From IMG/VR virus record IMGVR_UViG_2700989574_000004, positions 1 through 64,000 of that record: a DNA stretch of 64,000 nucleotides. One strand, written 5' to 3'. A program made the translations under genes and the position numbers. This stretch comes from a virus (lineage: Duplodnaviria; Caudoviricetes). The notes under the pieces were generated by a model. It saw only the letters and a program-made list of their open reading frames with translations. It had not been told where the DNA came from and made no database searches. Of this stretch, positions 46,133-55,437 are shown in pieces. The first letter of the stretch is position 1; every line of letters starts with the position of its first letter.

Positions 46133-46649
46133 GCCAGCGATCCATAAATAGTTTTCTTGCCTGACGGGGCAATAATGGGTTGATCGTGAATTCATTGGTC
46201 GGATGAATACCCCGAAGAATGGCCCACTCACTATCATCGTCAATAAACAGGTCGCGGCGTTCTGTCGCCAGCATGATGAGGTCGGCCTGTTTGACTACAG
46301 GACTCATGGTTTCAGGGAGGCCGAATTTCTGGCTGATTAAACCCTCAACCCATTTTTCAATACCGCGATAATCCGGCAGTAACGCTTTCAGCGGTGCCGC
46401 AATATCATTGCAGTAAGCTTCGCTGGCATCATGCAGCAGCGCTTCCAGCGCAAACTCAGCAGGTACCAGGTAACTGGCAAGTACAGAATGCTGCGCGACG
46501 CTGTAGAACTCGTCGAGATGACCAGTAAAACGACACAGGTTAGAAAGCGCCTGGGCGATATCATCAATAAACACAATGTCAGAGCCAGAATTACAAAAAT
46601 AAAAGTGCTGACCTGACCAGGTGGTAATAAAACGGTTTTCAGTATTCAT
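46110..46649 (-). CDS. HD-domain phosphohydrolase (YfbR/YfdR-like nucleotidase)
   Basis: CRFTGH, YSVAQHSV, ALLHDASEAY, VKQADLIMLATERRDL. Confidence 0.88.
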   Translation of the reverse strand: MNTENRFITTWSGQHFYFCNSGSDIVFIDDIAQALSNLCRFTGHLDEFYSVAQHSVLASYLVPAEFALEALLHDASEAYCNDIAAPLKALLPDYRGIEKWVEGLISQKFGLPETMSPVVKQADLIMLATERRDLFIDDDSEWAILRGIHPTNEFTINPLLPRQARKLFMDRWHELTSGR

Positions 46650-46873
46650 TATGCTAATCTCCAGCGTTTCTTATGACGTTCTACGGCTTGTTTCATGGCG
46701 GTCTTATCAGCTGGTTTGCGGATAGACTGACCGGATTTTGTGTAAAACTGGAATCGTGTCTTGCCCGGATATTTAGGATGCTCAATAACAACAGCATCAT
46801 TATTCAGATGGTAAATACGCTTATCGCCTTTATCCTGAATTTCACAACCAGATACACTAAGGAACTCGGCCAT
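46649..46873 (-). CDS. Hypothetical early protein
   Basis: 74-aa coupled ORF with RBS. Confidence 0.65.
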   Translation of the reverse strand: MAEFLSVSGCEIQDKGDKRIYHLNNDAVVIEHPKYPGKTRFQFYTKSGQSIRKPADKTAMKQAVERHKKRWRLA

Positions 46874-46882
46874 ATATCCCCC

Positions 46883-47398
46883 TTACGAAATGGTTTTCTC
46901 TGCCGCTTTATATTCCGACTCGACAATTTCAGTTGCGCCCGAATCCGGGGAGGGGGTGACGTCAGTTTTGAAATAGATGACGTCGCCGACACGGAAATGG
47001 GTGATACCACAAAGGATCAACATCCCCCATTCGACCCCCAGCGCTTTCCAGTAGGGCTCTCGTGAGATCCGTTCCGTGGGGCGACCGTCATCCCACACGT
47101 CCAGCAGTTGCTGATGCTCCTCGCGGCGCTCGCGGGGAATGCGGGTCTTGCCTCGGGGTTCACGCGTATAACCATTCTGCGAGCGGGAAAGCGTCCAAAG
47201 ACTGCTATGTCCAACAAGTGGCGCAGCATCGAATGACAGACCGTGAAAGTGATAGTCCGTAGCGCTACCAGAAAAGACTGGCTTACCGCCAAATTTTTTA
47301 GCGAATGAGTCCGCTTTTTCTTTCAGCGCAATACGTTGGTTAATTTCATTGTCCCAGGCATCAAGCGCTGCCTTTTGAGTCGTTTTATAAAAGCCCAT
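46883..47398 (-). CDS. Hypothetical early protein
   Basis: 171-aa ORF in the early operon. Confidence 0.7.
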   Translation of the reverse strand: MGFYKTTQKAALDAWDNEINQRIALKEKADSFAKKFGGKPVFSGSATDYHFHGLSFDAAPLVGHSSLWTLSRSQNGYTREPRGKTRIPRERREEHQQLLDVWDDGRPTERISREPYWKALGVEWGMLILCGITHFRVGDVIYFKTDVTPSPDSGATEIVESEYKAAEKTIS

Positions 47399-47566
47399 TT
47401 AAACCCCCATAAACATTTTTGATACAAGACCCCATGCTTTAATACCAAGCTGAATACAGACGCCCCAGAAGGTTATGCAAAACAAAATGCAAAACATCCA
47501 GGCTATTCCACGCAGATAAGGAGTCTTAATCAGACGATTAATAATGGTTTCAAGATATGTTTTCAT
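47399..47566 (-). CDS. Small membrane protein
   Basis: Hydrophobic segment IAWMFCILFCITFWGVCI; start uncertain. Confidence 0.45.
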   Translation of the reverse strand: MKTYLETIINRLIKTPYLRGIAWMFCILFCITFWGVCIQLGIKAWGLVSKMFMGV

Positions 47567-47636
47567 AACCGAAATCCTGTATTCAGGCGTAAGCATCCCC
47601 TGACGCATTACGCCATATAAAATAAATAGGGCTTAA

Positions 47637-47825
47637 TTAATCCTGACGGGAAAGAGAATTCACATTCGCCAGCCAGGGCTCAACGTTAATTTCAACAATT
47701 GTTGCTGATTTAAAATCTTTGGCCTCTGCAACCGTTCTTACCGCCCGACGCTCTGTTTCATTTGGGCGTTGATGCCAGAAGGCCAATCCCGGTTGATATT
47801 TACGGTTAAATTCTTTCGCTTTCAT
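47637..47825 (-). CDS. Small early protein (paralogue of 45465-45716)
   Basis: FNRKYQPG...TVAEAK. Confidence 0.7.
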   Translation of the reverse strand: MKAKEFNRKYQPGLAFWHQRPNETERRAVRTVAEAKDFKSATIVEINVEPWLANVNSLSRQD

Positions 47826-47826
47826 A

Positions 47827-48465
47827 TCACACCGTCGCCATATTCAGAGCAATTGGGGTGTACTGGTCAGTGTCACCAATACGTTCGTAAATACGAATAT
47901 AAGAGCTTGTAGCAATAACCTGTAAGGATTCGCCAATAGCTTCCATCGCTCTGTGCCAGCGCTGATCGTCAATCTCATATCGACGGAGAGCCAGAACAGC
48001 ACCTGTGGACACCGCACCTGATTTATCCGTGGAGAATGCGCGATTGATGAGGATTTGTAGCTCTGGCCGTGCACCCTCCGTCCAGTCAGCAAGGCACTGA
48101 TCAATGAGTTCTTTAGCCGCCTGCAGGCGCTCATCAAAAGCGATGCGGTCTGCCATAGCCCGTTGAATAAGATAACGGCCATCAAAGCTGTAGAGCGTGA
48201 CATTGCCTTTTTTGCCGCCCAGCTTAACGCCGTATTCGTTAGCCGACAGGTCAACGAACGCTGAGATATCACCAAAGGAATTCTCTTTAAATTCCTTCAT
48301 CAGCTTATTCAGCTCAATCGCTTTCGTTACGATCTCGCCAACCAGAGTATCCCGTGCAAGGTCAATAGGTTTCAGCAGCTTAACGGGAATAAACGCATCT
48401 TTGGCATCAATCCAGTACCCTTCAGGGGCGGTTTTCTCAGTAAATTGTTTTTGCTGGTTATTCAT
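47827..48465 (-). CDS. DUF3164-family protein
   Basis: PEGYWIDAK, GGKKGNVTLYSFDG, FDERLQAAKELID, YIRIYER. Confidence 0.88.
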   Translation of the reverse strand: MNNQQKQFTEKTAPEGYWIDAKDAFIPVKLLKPIDLARDTLVGEIVTKAIELNKLMKEFKENSFGDISAFVDLSANEYGVKLGGKKGNVTLYSFDGRYLIQRAMADRIAFDERLQAAKELIDQCLADWTEGARPELQILINRAFSTDKSGAVSTGAVLALRRYEIDDQRWHRAMEAIGESLQVIATSSYIRIYERIGDTDQYTPIALNMATV

Positions 48466-48649
48466 GGTTTGCCTCATTTAAATGTTGGAAAAACTTAGCG
48501 ATTTCAGCGCTGGCCGTTGCCAGCATTAACGGTGCAATAATGTTTGAAACATCTTTAACTAAACGGGAATCCTGTTTCTCAGCAGATATAATCGCGGATA
48601 TATTCAGGTTCTCGTCGCTTTCATTAATCGTAATAACAATTTCAGCCAC
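48458..48649 (-). CDS. Hypothetical early protein
   Basis: GTG start with GGAGG RBS. Confidence 0.55.
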   Translation of the reverse strand: MAEIVITINESDENLNISAIISAEKQDSRLVKDVSNIIAPLMLATASAEIAKFFQHLNEANHE

Positions 48650-48650
48650 G

Positions 48651-48884
48651 TTACCTCCAGATAACATGCATCCCACGCCAGATAAGCATTTTGACCTGAG
48701 AGCTTTTGCCATCCTTGCGCTCAGTTATTTCGACCTCCTTCCCGCGCCATGCCTCAAAGGGGCGGTCAACCTCCACGATAGGGCGACGGAAGCGGATGTT
48801 AATGTCCAGAACCTGCAGGCCACCACGCATCAGGCGGTTAATCGGGGCCATCATTTTTGGATCGTTAATCGGTAAACGGCACAT
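48651..48884 (-). CDS. Hypothetical early protein
   Basis: CAGGAG RBS; RRPIVEV...WRG..VIWR. Confidence 0.65.
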   Translation of the reverse strand: MCRLPINDPKMMAPINRLMRGGLQVLDINIRFRRPIVEVDRPFEAWRGKEVEITERKDGKSSQVKMLIWRGMHVIWR

Positions 48885-48981
48885 AGTGACTCCTGATAAT
48901 TTAGTAAAAAGAACCTACGCCATTGAACGTAAATCAATCAGTTGTTAGCATTGCTTTCCACCCTCACACAGCAGGTGAATC

Positions 48982-49248
48982 ATGAAAAACGAATCGACTT
49001 ATACAGACGAAGACATCATGAAATTAGAAGATGATGTTCTTGGCCTTAAAATAACCGTTCATGTATTAATCCAATTACTGGCAAAGAGTAATAATGAAAA
49101 TTTAGACTTTCTCATTAAGAACTTAGGTTTTCAGGCTAATCATTTTGAAAATGACCATCCGGATTTTCCGGGTACAATTGAAACCCTTGACTCCTATTTC
49201 AGAGAAGCAGTAAAAATTTACAAAGATTCCTCTAAAATTAGTGAATAA
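48982..49248 (+). CDS. Accessory (moron) small acidic protein
   Basis: AT-rich and antisense to the early operon; own promoter TTGAAC(48923)-17-TAGCAT(48946) and AGGTG RBS. Confidence 0.7.
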   Translation: MKNESTYTDEDIMKLEDDVLGLKITVHVLIQLLAKSNNENLDFLIKNLGFQANHFENDHPDFPGTIETLDSYFREAVKIYKDSSKISE

Positions 49249-50131
49249 GCATTTCTGCAAATTTCCGAACAGCCCCGGCCGTCACCGGCACCTGATTCAG
49301 TGAGCTGTAGCGACTTACACCGCGAACCAGCTTAAACAGGCGGCGGGCGTTGCCCTTACTGGCACCAAACAAGGCATCGTTTACCGCCTCATCGCTGACG
49401 GTATCTAACATATTGGCCGCTATGATCTCGATATCCTCACGGGGCAGCGCGTCACCAATATTCAGGGCAAAGCCAACGCGGCTATAAAGTTGCTTATATT
49501 CCCCGCGCTTACCCTTCAGGTTGATAATCAGGCGCGGCATACCCGCCAGCACGATGCCGATCCCCGCCTTATCGTGGATACGGCGCAGCGTCTCCAGCGC
49601 CCGGTACGGCAGGTTTTCCGCCTCATCGATCATCAGCAAACGCCCAGAGTCACGCAGGGCATCAATGCAGGCTTCGCTGAGCTGATGCATGTTACCGCTG
49701 CGGGACAATCCCAGCAGGGTACAAAGCTCTTCCAGTACGGTTCTGGCGGTGTAGCCGGGGTCGGCTTCAATCAGCAGTGCATCACGATGTTCACGGGCAT
49801 ACTGGCGTAACACCATTGTTTTACCTAGCCCGGCATCGCCATAAATCACATTAATATCGCAGTCCATCTGAGCCAGGTTAATAACCTCCAGCGCCCGGCT
49901 TGCCGTGACTGTATTAACGAATGAAATATTGATGCGGGCCGCTTTCTCTTTTTCGCGCTCACGGGTAATAAAGCCTGATACCAGTTCATCAATATTTTTT
50001 ACATCGCCCGGATATTTACCCTGGATATACTGGCTAATAAGGGTTGAGCTTTTACCGATAGCACGGGCCACCTGAGTCTGGCTGTATCCCTTACGGGCCA
50101 TCAGTTCTGTCAGTTCAGTTTTAATTGTCAT
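49238..50131 (-). CDS. Transposition ATPase (MuB-like)
   Basis: N-terminal HTH, GDAGLGKT, LMIDEAE, LRRIHD, GNARRL. Confidence 0.93.
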   Translation of the reverse strand: MTIKTELTELMARKGYSQTQVARAIGKSSTLISQYIQGKYPGDVKNIDELVSGFITREREKEKAARINISFVNTVTASRALEVINLAQMDCDINVIYGDAGLGKTMVLRQYAREHRDALLIEADPGYTARTVLEELCTLLGLSRSGNMHQLSEACIDALRDSGRLLMIDEAENLPYRALETLRRIHDKAGIGIVLAGMPRLIINLKGKRGEYKQLYSRVGFALNIGDALPREDIEIIAANMLDTVSDEAVNDALFGASKGNARRLFKLVRGVSRYSSLNQVPVTAGAVRKFAEMLIH

Positions 50132-50141
50132 AACCTTTCCT

Positions 50142-52193
50142 CTACTTATGGTTTCCGGCTTTTTTCAGATGTTCTTCGCGATCTGTTGCAAGGAAGAAAT
50201 ATTCTGGTTCAGGCTCATCAACGATTTTCGGTATAAAACTGCCAAAGTCGGGTAATTCGTTGACCACACTACCAGGCAGCAGGCCACGCGCTTCGGCTTC
50301 CACTTCCTCACGTTTTTTGTCAAGCAATCCAAGTCGACGTTTGGTACGTTGTTTCATCGCGTCCTGCATTTTGCTGACCGGGATCGCATCACGTTTATTG
50401 CCGTTCCAGACCGCATGACATACATACGTTCCATCCATGCGGCGGATAATGACTTCGCTGGCGTCGTGAATATCATAGGCAACGCGCACTTCTTCTTTAT
50501 CGACATTAATAAGGTCTTGCGAGAAGTAGTCGTTATTCATGAGGCTAATCCAGCCCTGCTGAGCGACACGTACTGTTTCGGCCATGAGCACCTCACGCAG
50601 TTCAACATCAGTCAGATACTCAATTTCATCACCTTCCTGCTCCAGTACCATTTTTCGGTATGCTGCTGGCGTCATGTGACGGCCATTACGTTTGGGCAGT
50701 TCGCTGTGCTCATGCTCGTTGTTATAGGCGTCCACCTCTTCAGCAATCACGTCCAGCAACCGTTGCCATGTAGGAAGCTTGCTCAGATCTTTTTTCTGCC
50801 TGGCTGTCAGTTCACGGCCTGCAGCTTCTGCACGTATAGCGGACTGAATGGCTCGATTCGTCATACGCACGTTTTCGCGATCAGCACCACGACCATTAAA
50901 CGTTTCAAAACGTTGTCCCAGCCGGTGAGGGATGACGGCGTTGAGTCGCTCAATAAGGCCACGAGACTGCGGACGGCCAGGAATACTGGTCATATGGGTA
51001 ATTCCCATGCGAGGGAATATACCGGTCAGTTTGTCATCAAACGTTTTGTTAGCCTCACCGCCACCATTATCGGAGTAGACGAATAACGGTTTGCCGTGGT
51101 GCTGCATGCCGTAACGGTAAGCATCCAGTACCGCATCCATACTTTCCGACAGTCGTAGACTCCAGCCCACGCAATAGCGGGTACGTCCATCCAGAACAAG
51201 GGTTAACTCCGGCGTAAATGGCTGGCCATGAACGGGGTGCCGCGCGACGAGATCCAGTGATTTACCATCCGAAACCCAGCAACCATTGACAGGCATCGTC
51301 GACCAGTCTCGCTTCTGATAAGTCTCATAGGCCAGTTTTGCCGACCCGCTGACGCGGCCAAGTGCCTTCTCACGACGTGGCAGTTTGACCATTGCCCGAC
51401 GAACGGCGTCATATGACGGGCAGGCGTCGAGCTTTTCAAGCTGACCGGCATAAACTACCTGCCATTGTTTACAGAACCCGCGATAGGCTTCGCGCATCGA
51501 CGGGCCATTAAGGCTACGCCAGTGCGCCAGGAAGTCTGGTAGCCAGGAGATCTGCTCCGGCTTCTTCGCTTTTAGATGACCGGGTGCCAGCATGGCCAGA
51601 CGTTCACCACCGGATTTAGTGGACTCATAGACACTGAGCCATTCCTGCAGGCTGCGGGTGCCAACACCAGTGCGGCTTCCTTTGCGTGCGTTGGCCAGCT
51701 CGACAGCCTTCATCAGGTGCTCAGGCAACGTACCGTTGCGTGATGCATTGGAGACATAGTTAACCGCAGCCGTGCGGGACATACCGGCATCACGGAGTTT
51801 TTCAACCTCCATTGCCAGCGCTGCACGGGCATCAGCGATGAGCTTTTGTTTCTCGGTCAGCGCACTGACTTCACGATCCAGCAGGGCCGGGCACTGGCGC
51901 ATCAGGTTCAGTTCAGTGCGTGGCTTGCTCACGCCGCATTTGCTGGCGCGAGCGGGCGTGGTATTGGTTTTTGTGGCCAGAACCTGCTGATAGATTTTTT
52001 CCCTGAGAACGGTTTGGGCTTCATCAGGTAAACTATCAACATGATAGGCGCATCCCCCACCAACACCTTGTCTCTTTTGAGCCTGCCAACCTTCTTTTTT
52101 CGCACGCTCACGAATGTTTCTTGAGGTGCTGGGAAGGCCTGGCAACCGCATTTGCGCAAGTTCTTCGGCGCTAAAGTGAGTTTTTATACTCAT
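50142..52193 (-). CDS. DDE transposase (MuA-like)
   Basis: N-terminal Mu HTH (LPGLP...WQAQKRQGVGG), WVSDG, YSDNGGG, GRPQSRGLIER. Confidence 0.95.
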   Translation of the reverse strand: MSIKTHFSAEELAQMRLPGLPSTSRNIRERAKKEGWQAQKRQGVGGGCAYHVDSLPDEAQTVLREKIYQQVLATKTNTTPARASKCGVSKPRTELNLMRQCPALLDREVSALTEKQKLIADARAALAMEVEKLRDAGMSRTAAVNYVSNASRNGTLPEHLMKAVELANARKGSRTGVGTRSLQEWLSVYESTKSGGERLAMLAPGHLKAKKPEQISWLPDFLAHWRSLNGPSMREAYRGFCKQWQVVYAGQLEKLDACPSYDAVRRAMVKLPRREKALGRVSGSAKLAYETYQKRDWSTMPVNGCWVSDGKSLDLVARHPVHGQPFTPELTLVLDGRTRYCVGWSLRLSESMDAVLDAYRYGMQHHGKPLFVYSDNGGGEANKTFDDKLTGIFPRMGITHMTSIPGRPQSRGLIERLNAVIPHRLGQRFETFNGRGADRENVRMTNRAIQSAIRAEAAGRELTARQKKDLSKLPTWQRLLDVIAEEVDAYNNEHEHSELPKRNGRHMTPAAYRKMVLEQEGDEIEYLTDVELREVLMAETVRVAQQGWISLMNNDYFSQDLINVDKEEVRVAYDIHDASEVIIRRMDGTYVCHAVWNGNKRDAIPVSKMQDAMKQRTKRRLGLLDKKREEVEAEARGLLPGSVVNELPDFGSFIPKIVDEPEPEYFFLATDREEHLKKAGNHK

Positions 52194-52216
52194 AAGAAAA
52201 ATCCTCTAACCCGAAA

Positions 52217-52480
52217 TCACTTATGTACATGAACAAAAGAGCGGTTAAAATCACTGCTATAACGACTTGGCCAAATCTCTTCAGGAGAAATGCCTATAGC
52301 TGCGGCTATGATTCTCTCCCCTTTGGGCCATTTTCTATCCAGTGCATTGTTTAAGGCCGTAGGTGTTTTGTAACCGTGATGGATAGATAAACCGCGAAGA
52401 GACCAACCTCGTTTGTGCAATGCTGCAACAATGTCAGCACGATGCCAGTCATAGGTTGTTTGCTGATTTTTTTTGTCCAT
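52217..52480 (-). CDS. ner: Ner-like repressor
   Basis: DWHRADIVAALHKRGWSL...ALDRKWPKGERIIA...PEEIWPSRY. Confidence 0.92.
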   Translation of the reverse strand: MDKKNQQTTYDWHRADIVAALHKRGWSLRGLSIHHGYKTPTALNNALDRKWPKGERIIAAAIGISPEEIWPSRYSSDFNRSFVHVHK

Positions 52481-52534
52481 TGTTTTTGCTCATTTAGTGA
52501 AGTCATGAACAAAGGTTATGCGCAAACAAGCAAG

Positions 52535-52697
52535 AAATCAACTCGGATAAGTTGATTATTTTCATTATCCGAGATGCAGATCCAACTTATTTAAGTTTGA
52601 TTTCTATTATTCACATTAAAAACAGTTAGTTATATATAACTCAGATGAGGTTTTTTTATGGCGTCAAATCATCCAGGTAAGGAAAATCAACTCGGAT
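52535..52697. promoter_or_regulatory. c/ner control region with repeated operator-like motif (AACTCGGAT)
   Basis: AAATCAACTCGGAT at 52535-52548 and 52684-52697; variants at about 52565-52576 (inverted) and 52638-52649. Confidence 0.6.
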
Positions 52698-53392
52698 GCG
52701 AAGGTTTTCATTCTCGTTTGCGCACACTCTTAGATAAATTCAGGAGTGTTAACGCGTTTGCGACTGCCGCAGGGATATCCCCTTCAGGGCTTAACAGGTT
52801 GCTTGACGGCGGCTATCCAACGCTCCCGATACTTGTTGCATTGGCAAAAGCTGGCGACGTTTCGGTTGAATGGCTGTCTACAGGCGGTGAACAGGTGAGT
52901 GCTTCTCTTCCTACAAAGATGGATAGCACTTCCATGACAGTGACCGACGTTAAAGGGAATGAGGTAGACCTTGATGAATTCGTTTTTGTTCCTCGCTACA
53001 ACATAGCTGCAGCGGCAGGTTTTGGGGCTTGGAATGATGATGAAACGCCGATGTTTACTGTTTCATTTAGGAGATATTGGGTTACCAATCACCTGAAGGC
53101 CGATCCTTCAAAGCTATCTGTGATTAGTGTCTATGGTGATTCAATGGAAGGCGTCTTAAATGACAAAGACATCATATTGATAAATCATGATGATAGGGAA
53201 CCTAGAGAGGGTATCTATGTCTTGCGGATTGATGGCCAACTCATTGTTAAACGTGTCCAGAGACTTCCTGGCTCCATTCTGCGTGTCACAAGTACCAACC
53301 CCGCCTATGAACCTTTCTCGGTTGATATGAATAACGTATTGGGGGATTTTGCAGTTGTCGGCAAAGTGGTTTGGTATGGAAGGGTTGTTTAA
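52658..53392 (+). CDS. Repressor with XRE HTH and S24 autopeptidase domain
   Basis: HTH; Ala-Gly site AAAGFG; catalytic Ser (GDSME) and Lys (IVKRV). Confidence 0.92.
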   Translation: MASNHPGKENQLGCEGFHSRLRTLLDKFRSVNAFATAAGISPSGLNRLLDGGYPTLPILVALAKAGDVSVEWLSTGGEQVSASLPTKMDSTSMTVTDVKGNEVDLDEFVFVPRYNIAAAAGFGAWNDDETPMFTVSFRRYWVTNHLKADPSKLSVISVYGDSMEGVLNDKDIILINHDDREPREGIYVLRIDGQLIVKRVQRLPGSILRVTSTNPAYEPFSVDMNNVLGDFAVVGKVVWYGRVV

Positions 53393-53439
53393 AGGTATTT
53401 AAATACACTATTAAGAACTAACATTAACAATCCACAATA

Positions 53440-53589
53440 GTGCAAAAATCCCCGCATAATTTTTAAAAAGTTTCGATTTTCCGGCCAGCCGTGCAAAAGC
53501 GGCTCGCTCGTCTCAATCCCTTGTCAATCAAGGCGTCCCGCGTTTCGTCGCGCTCGATCCATGCATGCAGAAACGATCACCTCCCCACA
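53440..53589. repeat. Putative transposase-binding repeats at the repressor-proximal end
   Basis: GTGCAAAAAT at 53440, GTGCAAAAGC at 53491, ATGCAGAAAC at 53565. Confidence 0.55.
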
Positions 53590-53949
53590 GGTGTCTGGAC
53601 GGTTTGCTATGGTCACACAGGTAAAGACATCATGCTCGGCAAAACCTATACCGAGGCAGAGTGTCGGGCGCTACTAAATAAAGACCTGAATACCGTCGCC
53701 AGGCAGATCAACCCTTACATCAAAAAACCGATCCCAGAAACTATGCGTGGGGCTTTGTACTCGTTCGCCTATAACGTCGGAACTGGTAACTTCCAGACCT
53801 CCACACTGCTTCGCAAAATCAACCAGGGTGACCCTAAAGGAGCGTGCGATCAACTGCTCCGCTGGACCTATGCCAAAGGTAAGCAGTGGAAAGGACTTAT
53901 TACCCGGAGGGAAGTTGAGCGTGAAGTTTGTTTATGGGAGCAAAGATGA
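53590..53949 (+). pseudogene. SAR endolysin, 3' fragment
   Basis: [14 protein letters not shown]...[10 protein letters not shown]...STLLRKIN...[13 protein letters not shown] continues the fragment that ends at 18984. Confidence 0.92.
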
Positions 53950-54296
53950 GTCGCTTAACCGCCGTTATCATCGCTATAACAATCCTGCTGGCCTCTAACG
54001 TGATTTCGTGGCGCTCAGGCTGGAGTTCTCACGCTGATCACATCAATGCTCAAGCTTCAAAGAAGAGAGAGAAGGCCGAGAGTACCATTAAGCCTGTAGA
54101 GGAAAAGGCCGCTACTGCTAACGAAGCGGGTAAGGTCATCTACAAAACAATAACCCGTGACGTGGTGAAATATGTTCAGTCTCCGAATCGTATTGTATGC
54201 AGGTTTGATGATGATGCTGTGCAGCTGCGTCAGCGCGCCATCGATGCTGCCAACTCCATCCCCGGATTTGATGAGCCCGCCGTGCAAAGCAAGTGA
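53946..54296 (+). CDS. Inner-membrane spanin (Rz-like)
   Basis: N-terminal TM segment; [14 protein letters not shown]...C. Confidence 0.8.
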   Translation: MSRLTAVIIAITILLASNVISWRSGWSSHADHINAQASKKREKAESTIKPVEEKAATANEAGKVIYKTITRDVVKYVQSPNRIVCRFDDDAVQLRQRAIDAANSIPGFDEPAVQSK

Positions 54297-54414
54297 CGCC
54301 GGGAAGGATAGCGATGAAGATTTACAGTCTGACATAGAAACCGCTCAGTGCCTACGCCAGCTCCGTTTGGATAAGTATCGCTGGCAGGTGTACTATCGGG
54401 CGGTGAGTAAGTAA
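54172..54414 (+). CDS. Outer-membrane spanin (Rz1-like lipoprotein)
   Basis: Lipobox LCSC, Pro-rich segment [13 protein letters not shown], overlaps Rz. Confidence 0.75.
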   Translation: MFSLRIVLYAGLMMMLCSCVSAPSMLPTPSPDLMSPPCKASDAGKDSDEDLQSDIETAQCLRQLRLDKYRWQVYYRAVSK

Positions 54415-54564
54415 CAGGTATATCACATGAAATAAGTGGCCTTAAGTGAACAAAAGAATCTGAAAACAAGACATTCAAGCTTTCAGCATCAAAATGTTTG
54501 TATCTAATTCAGGTGGGGTCATGCACTATAGGATCTCAAACCACTCTTAACTAAGTAGCCACTC

Positions 54565-54762
54565 ATGACAGTAAACTTACTACCACAACTTCCATGCGGT
54601 TATCGTTACGGCATTGAGCGCTCGATCCGGCCCCACACTGATGCGGAATTTTTTCCGCCACAAGGGTGTGTTATCAAATCTGTCAACTTTGGGGATGGTG
54701 TGGTTATTTGTGTGCCCATCCAATGGTACGTTAAACAATTAGATTTATGGGTCACTGTCTAA
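54565..54762 (+). CDS. Hypothetical protein in the moron region
   Basis: 65-aa ORF only; weak RBS. Confidence 0.35.
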   Translation: MTVNLLPQLPCGYRYGIERSIRPHTDAEFFPPQGCVIKSVNFGDGVVICVPIQWYVKQLDLWVTV

Positions 54763-55040
54763 GGAACCATCGAATAATATGTTAGTTACTGGTGGCTAAC
54801 GGATCATTGCGCTAAAAAAATAAGCACAGACGTCTGTTGTTCTTTTTGAATGTTCTTGAGAATAGCGAATTACTAGTCTAATCAGCTATTCATCCATTTA
54901 AATGATATCGATGGCTGAAATGAAGCTATCCTCACGTTACCACTGCCAGCCAACACCGAAACGGCAGAGGTCATTTAGCAAGCAGAAAATCTCTCCCGGG
55001 TGGCTCCTGAGAGATTTTAGATTTCTAACTGGTACTAACC

Positions 55041-55072
55041 AAAGGTCGCATATCTATGCGGCCTTTTTTTTA
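55041..55072 (+). terminator. Intrinsic terminator
   Basis: AAAGGTCGCATA-TC-TATGCGGCCTTT followed by a T-run. Confidence 0.7.
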
Positions 55073-55177
55073 GCTGGTTTAATGGCTTGAGGAGATCCTG
55101 GACGAGAATATGTGACAAAAAAATCAGGGGAAACAGGAATGCCCTGTGAGCGGATTTACGAATCAGGGAGAACGTCC

Positions 55178-55221
55178 ATCCCCATAAAGGGATAAAATGC
55201 TGCTTATCCCTTTATGGGGAT
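55178..55221. repeat. Perfect 18-bp inverted repeat whose arms are self-palindromic ATCCC-N6-GGGAT units
   Basis: ATCCCCATAAAGGGATAA - 8 nt - TTATCCCTTTATGGGGAT. Confidence 0.85.
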
Positions 55222-55233
55222 AAAGTCTGTATT

Positions 55234-55260
55234 GCCTCGCATCTGCGGGGCTTTTTTATT
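55234..55260 (+). terminator. Intrinsic terminator
   Basis: GCCTCGCA-TC-TGCGGGGC followed by T6. Confidence 0.7.
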
Positions 55261-55275
55261 CGTAAAGATAAAACG

Positions 55276-55437
55276 ATGAAGAGCTTAAAAATTGTATCCA
55301 TAGGCGGGAGGCTGGTGGCGATTGAGTATGACGGTTTGTCATGTGCATCGCTGCCAGTTTCAGAGCTCCCCATCAATGGTTCAGCTTTAACTCTCCCTCA
55401 ATTCATGCTCGAGGATGTGTATGCCACCACGCGCTAA
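55276..55437 (+). CDS. Small protein (53 aa) with N-terminus similar to 55780-56052
   Basis: Translated by hand: MKSLKIVSIGGRLVAIEYDG...; overlaps the HNH start. Confidence 0.45.
   Translation: MKSLKIVSIGGRLVAIEYDGLSCASLPVSELPINGSALTLPQFMLEDVYATTR

Noticed and set aside
46110-46649. Z-base (2-aminoadenine) pathway
   Set aside because: An HD hydrolase alone is not enough; no PurZ-like or polymerase gene is present.
53491-53949. 152-aa lysozyme ORF in the ORF track as an intact gene
   Set aside because: Its first 33 codons come from the Mu-like end. It lacks the SAR helix, E35 and D44, so it is the 3' half of the disrupted endolysin.
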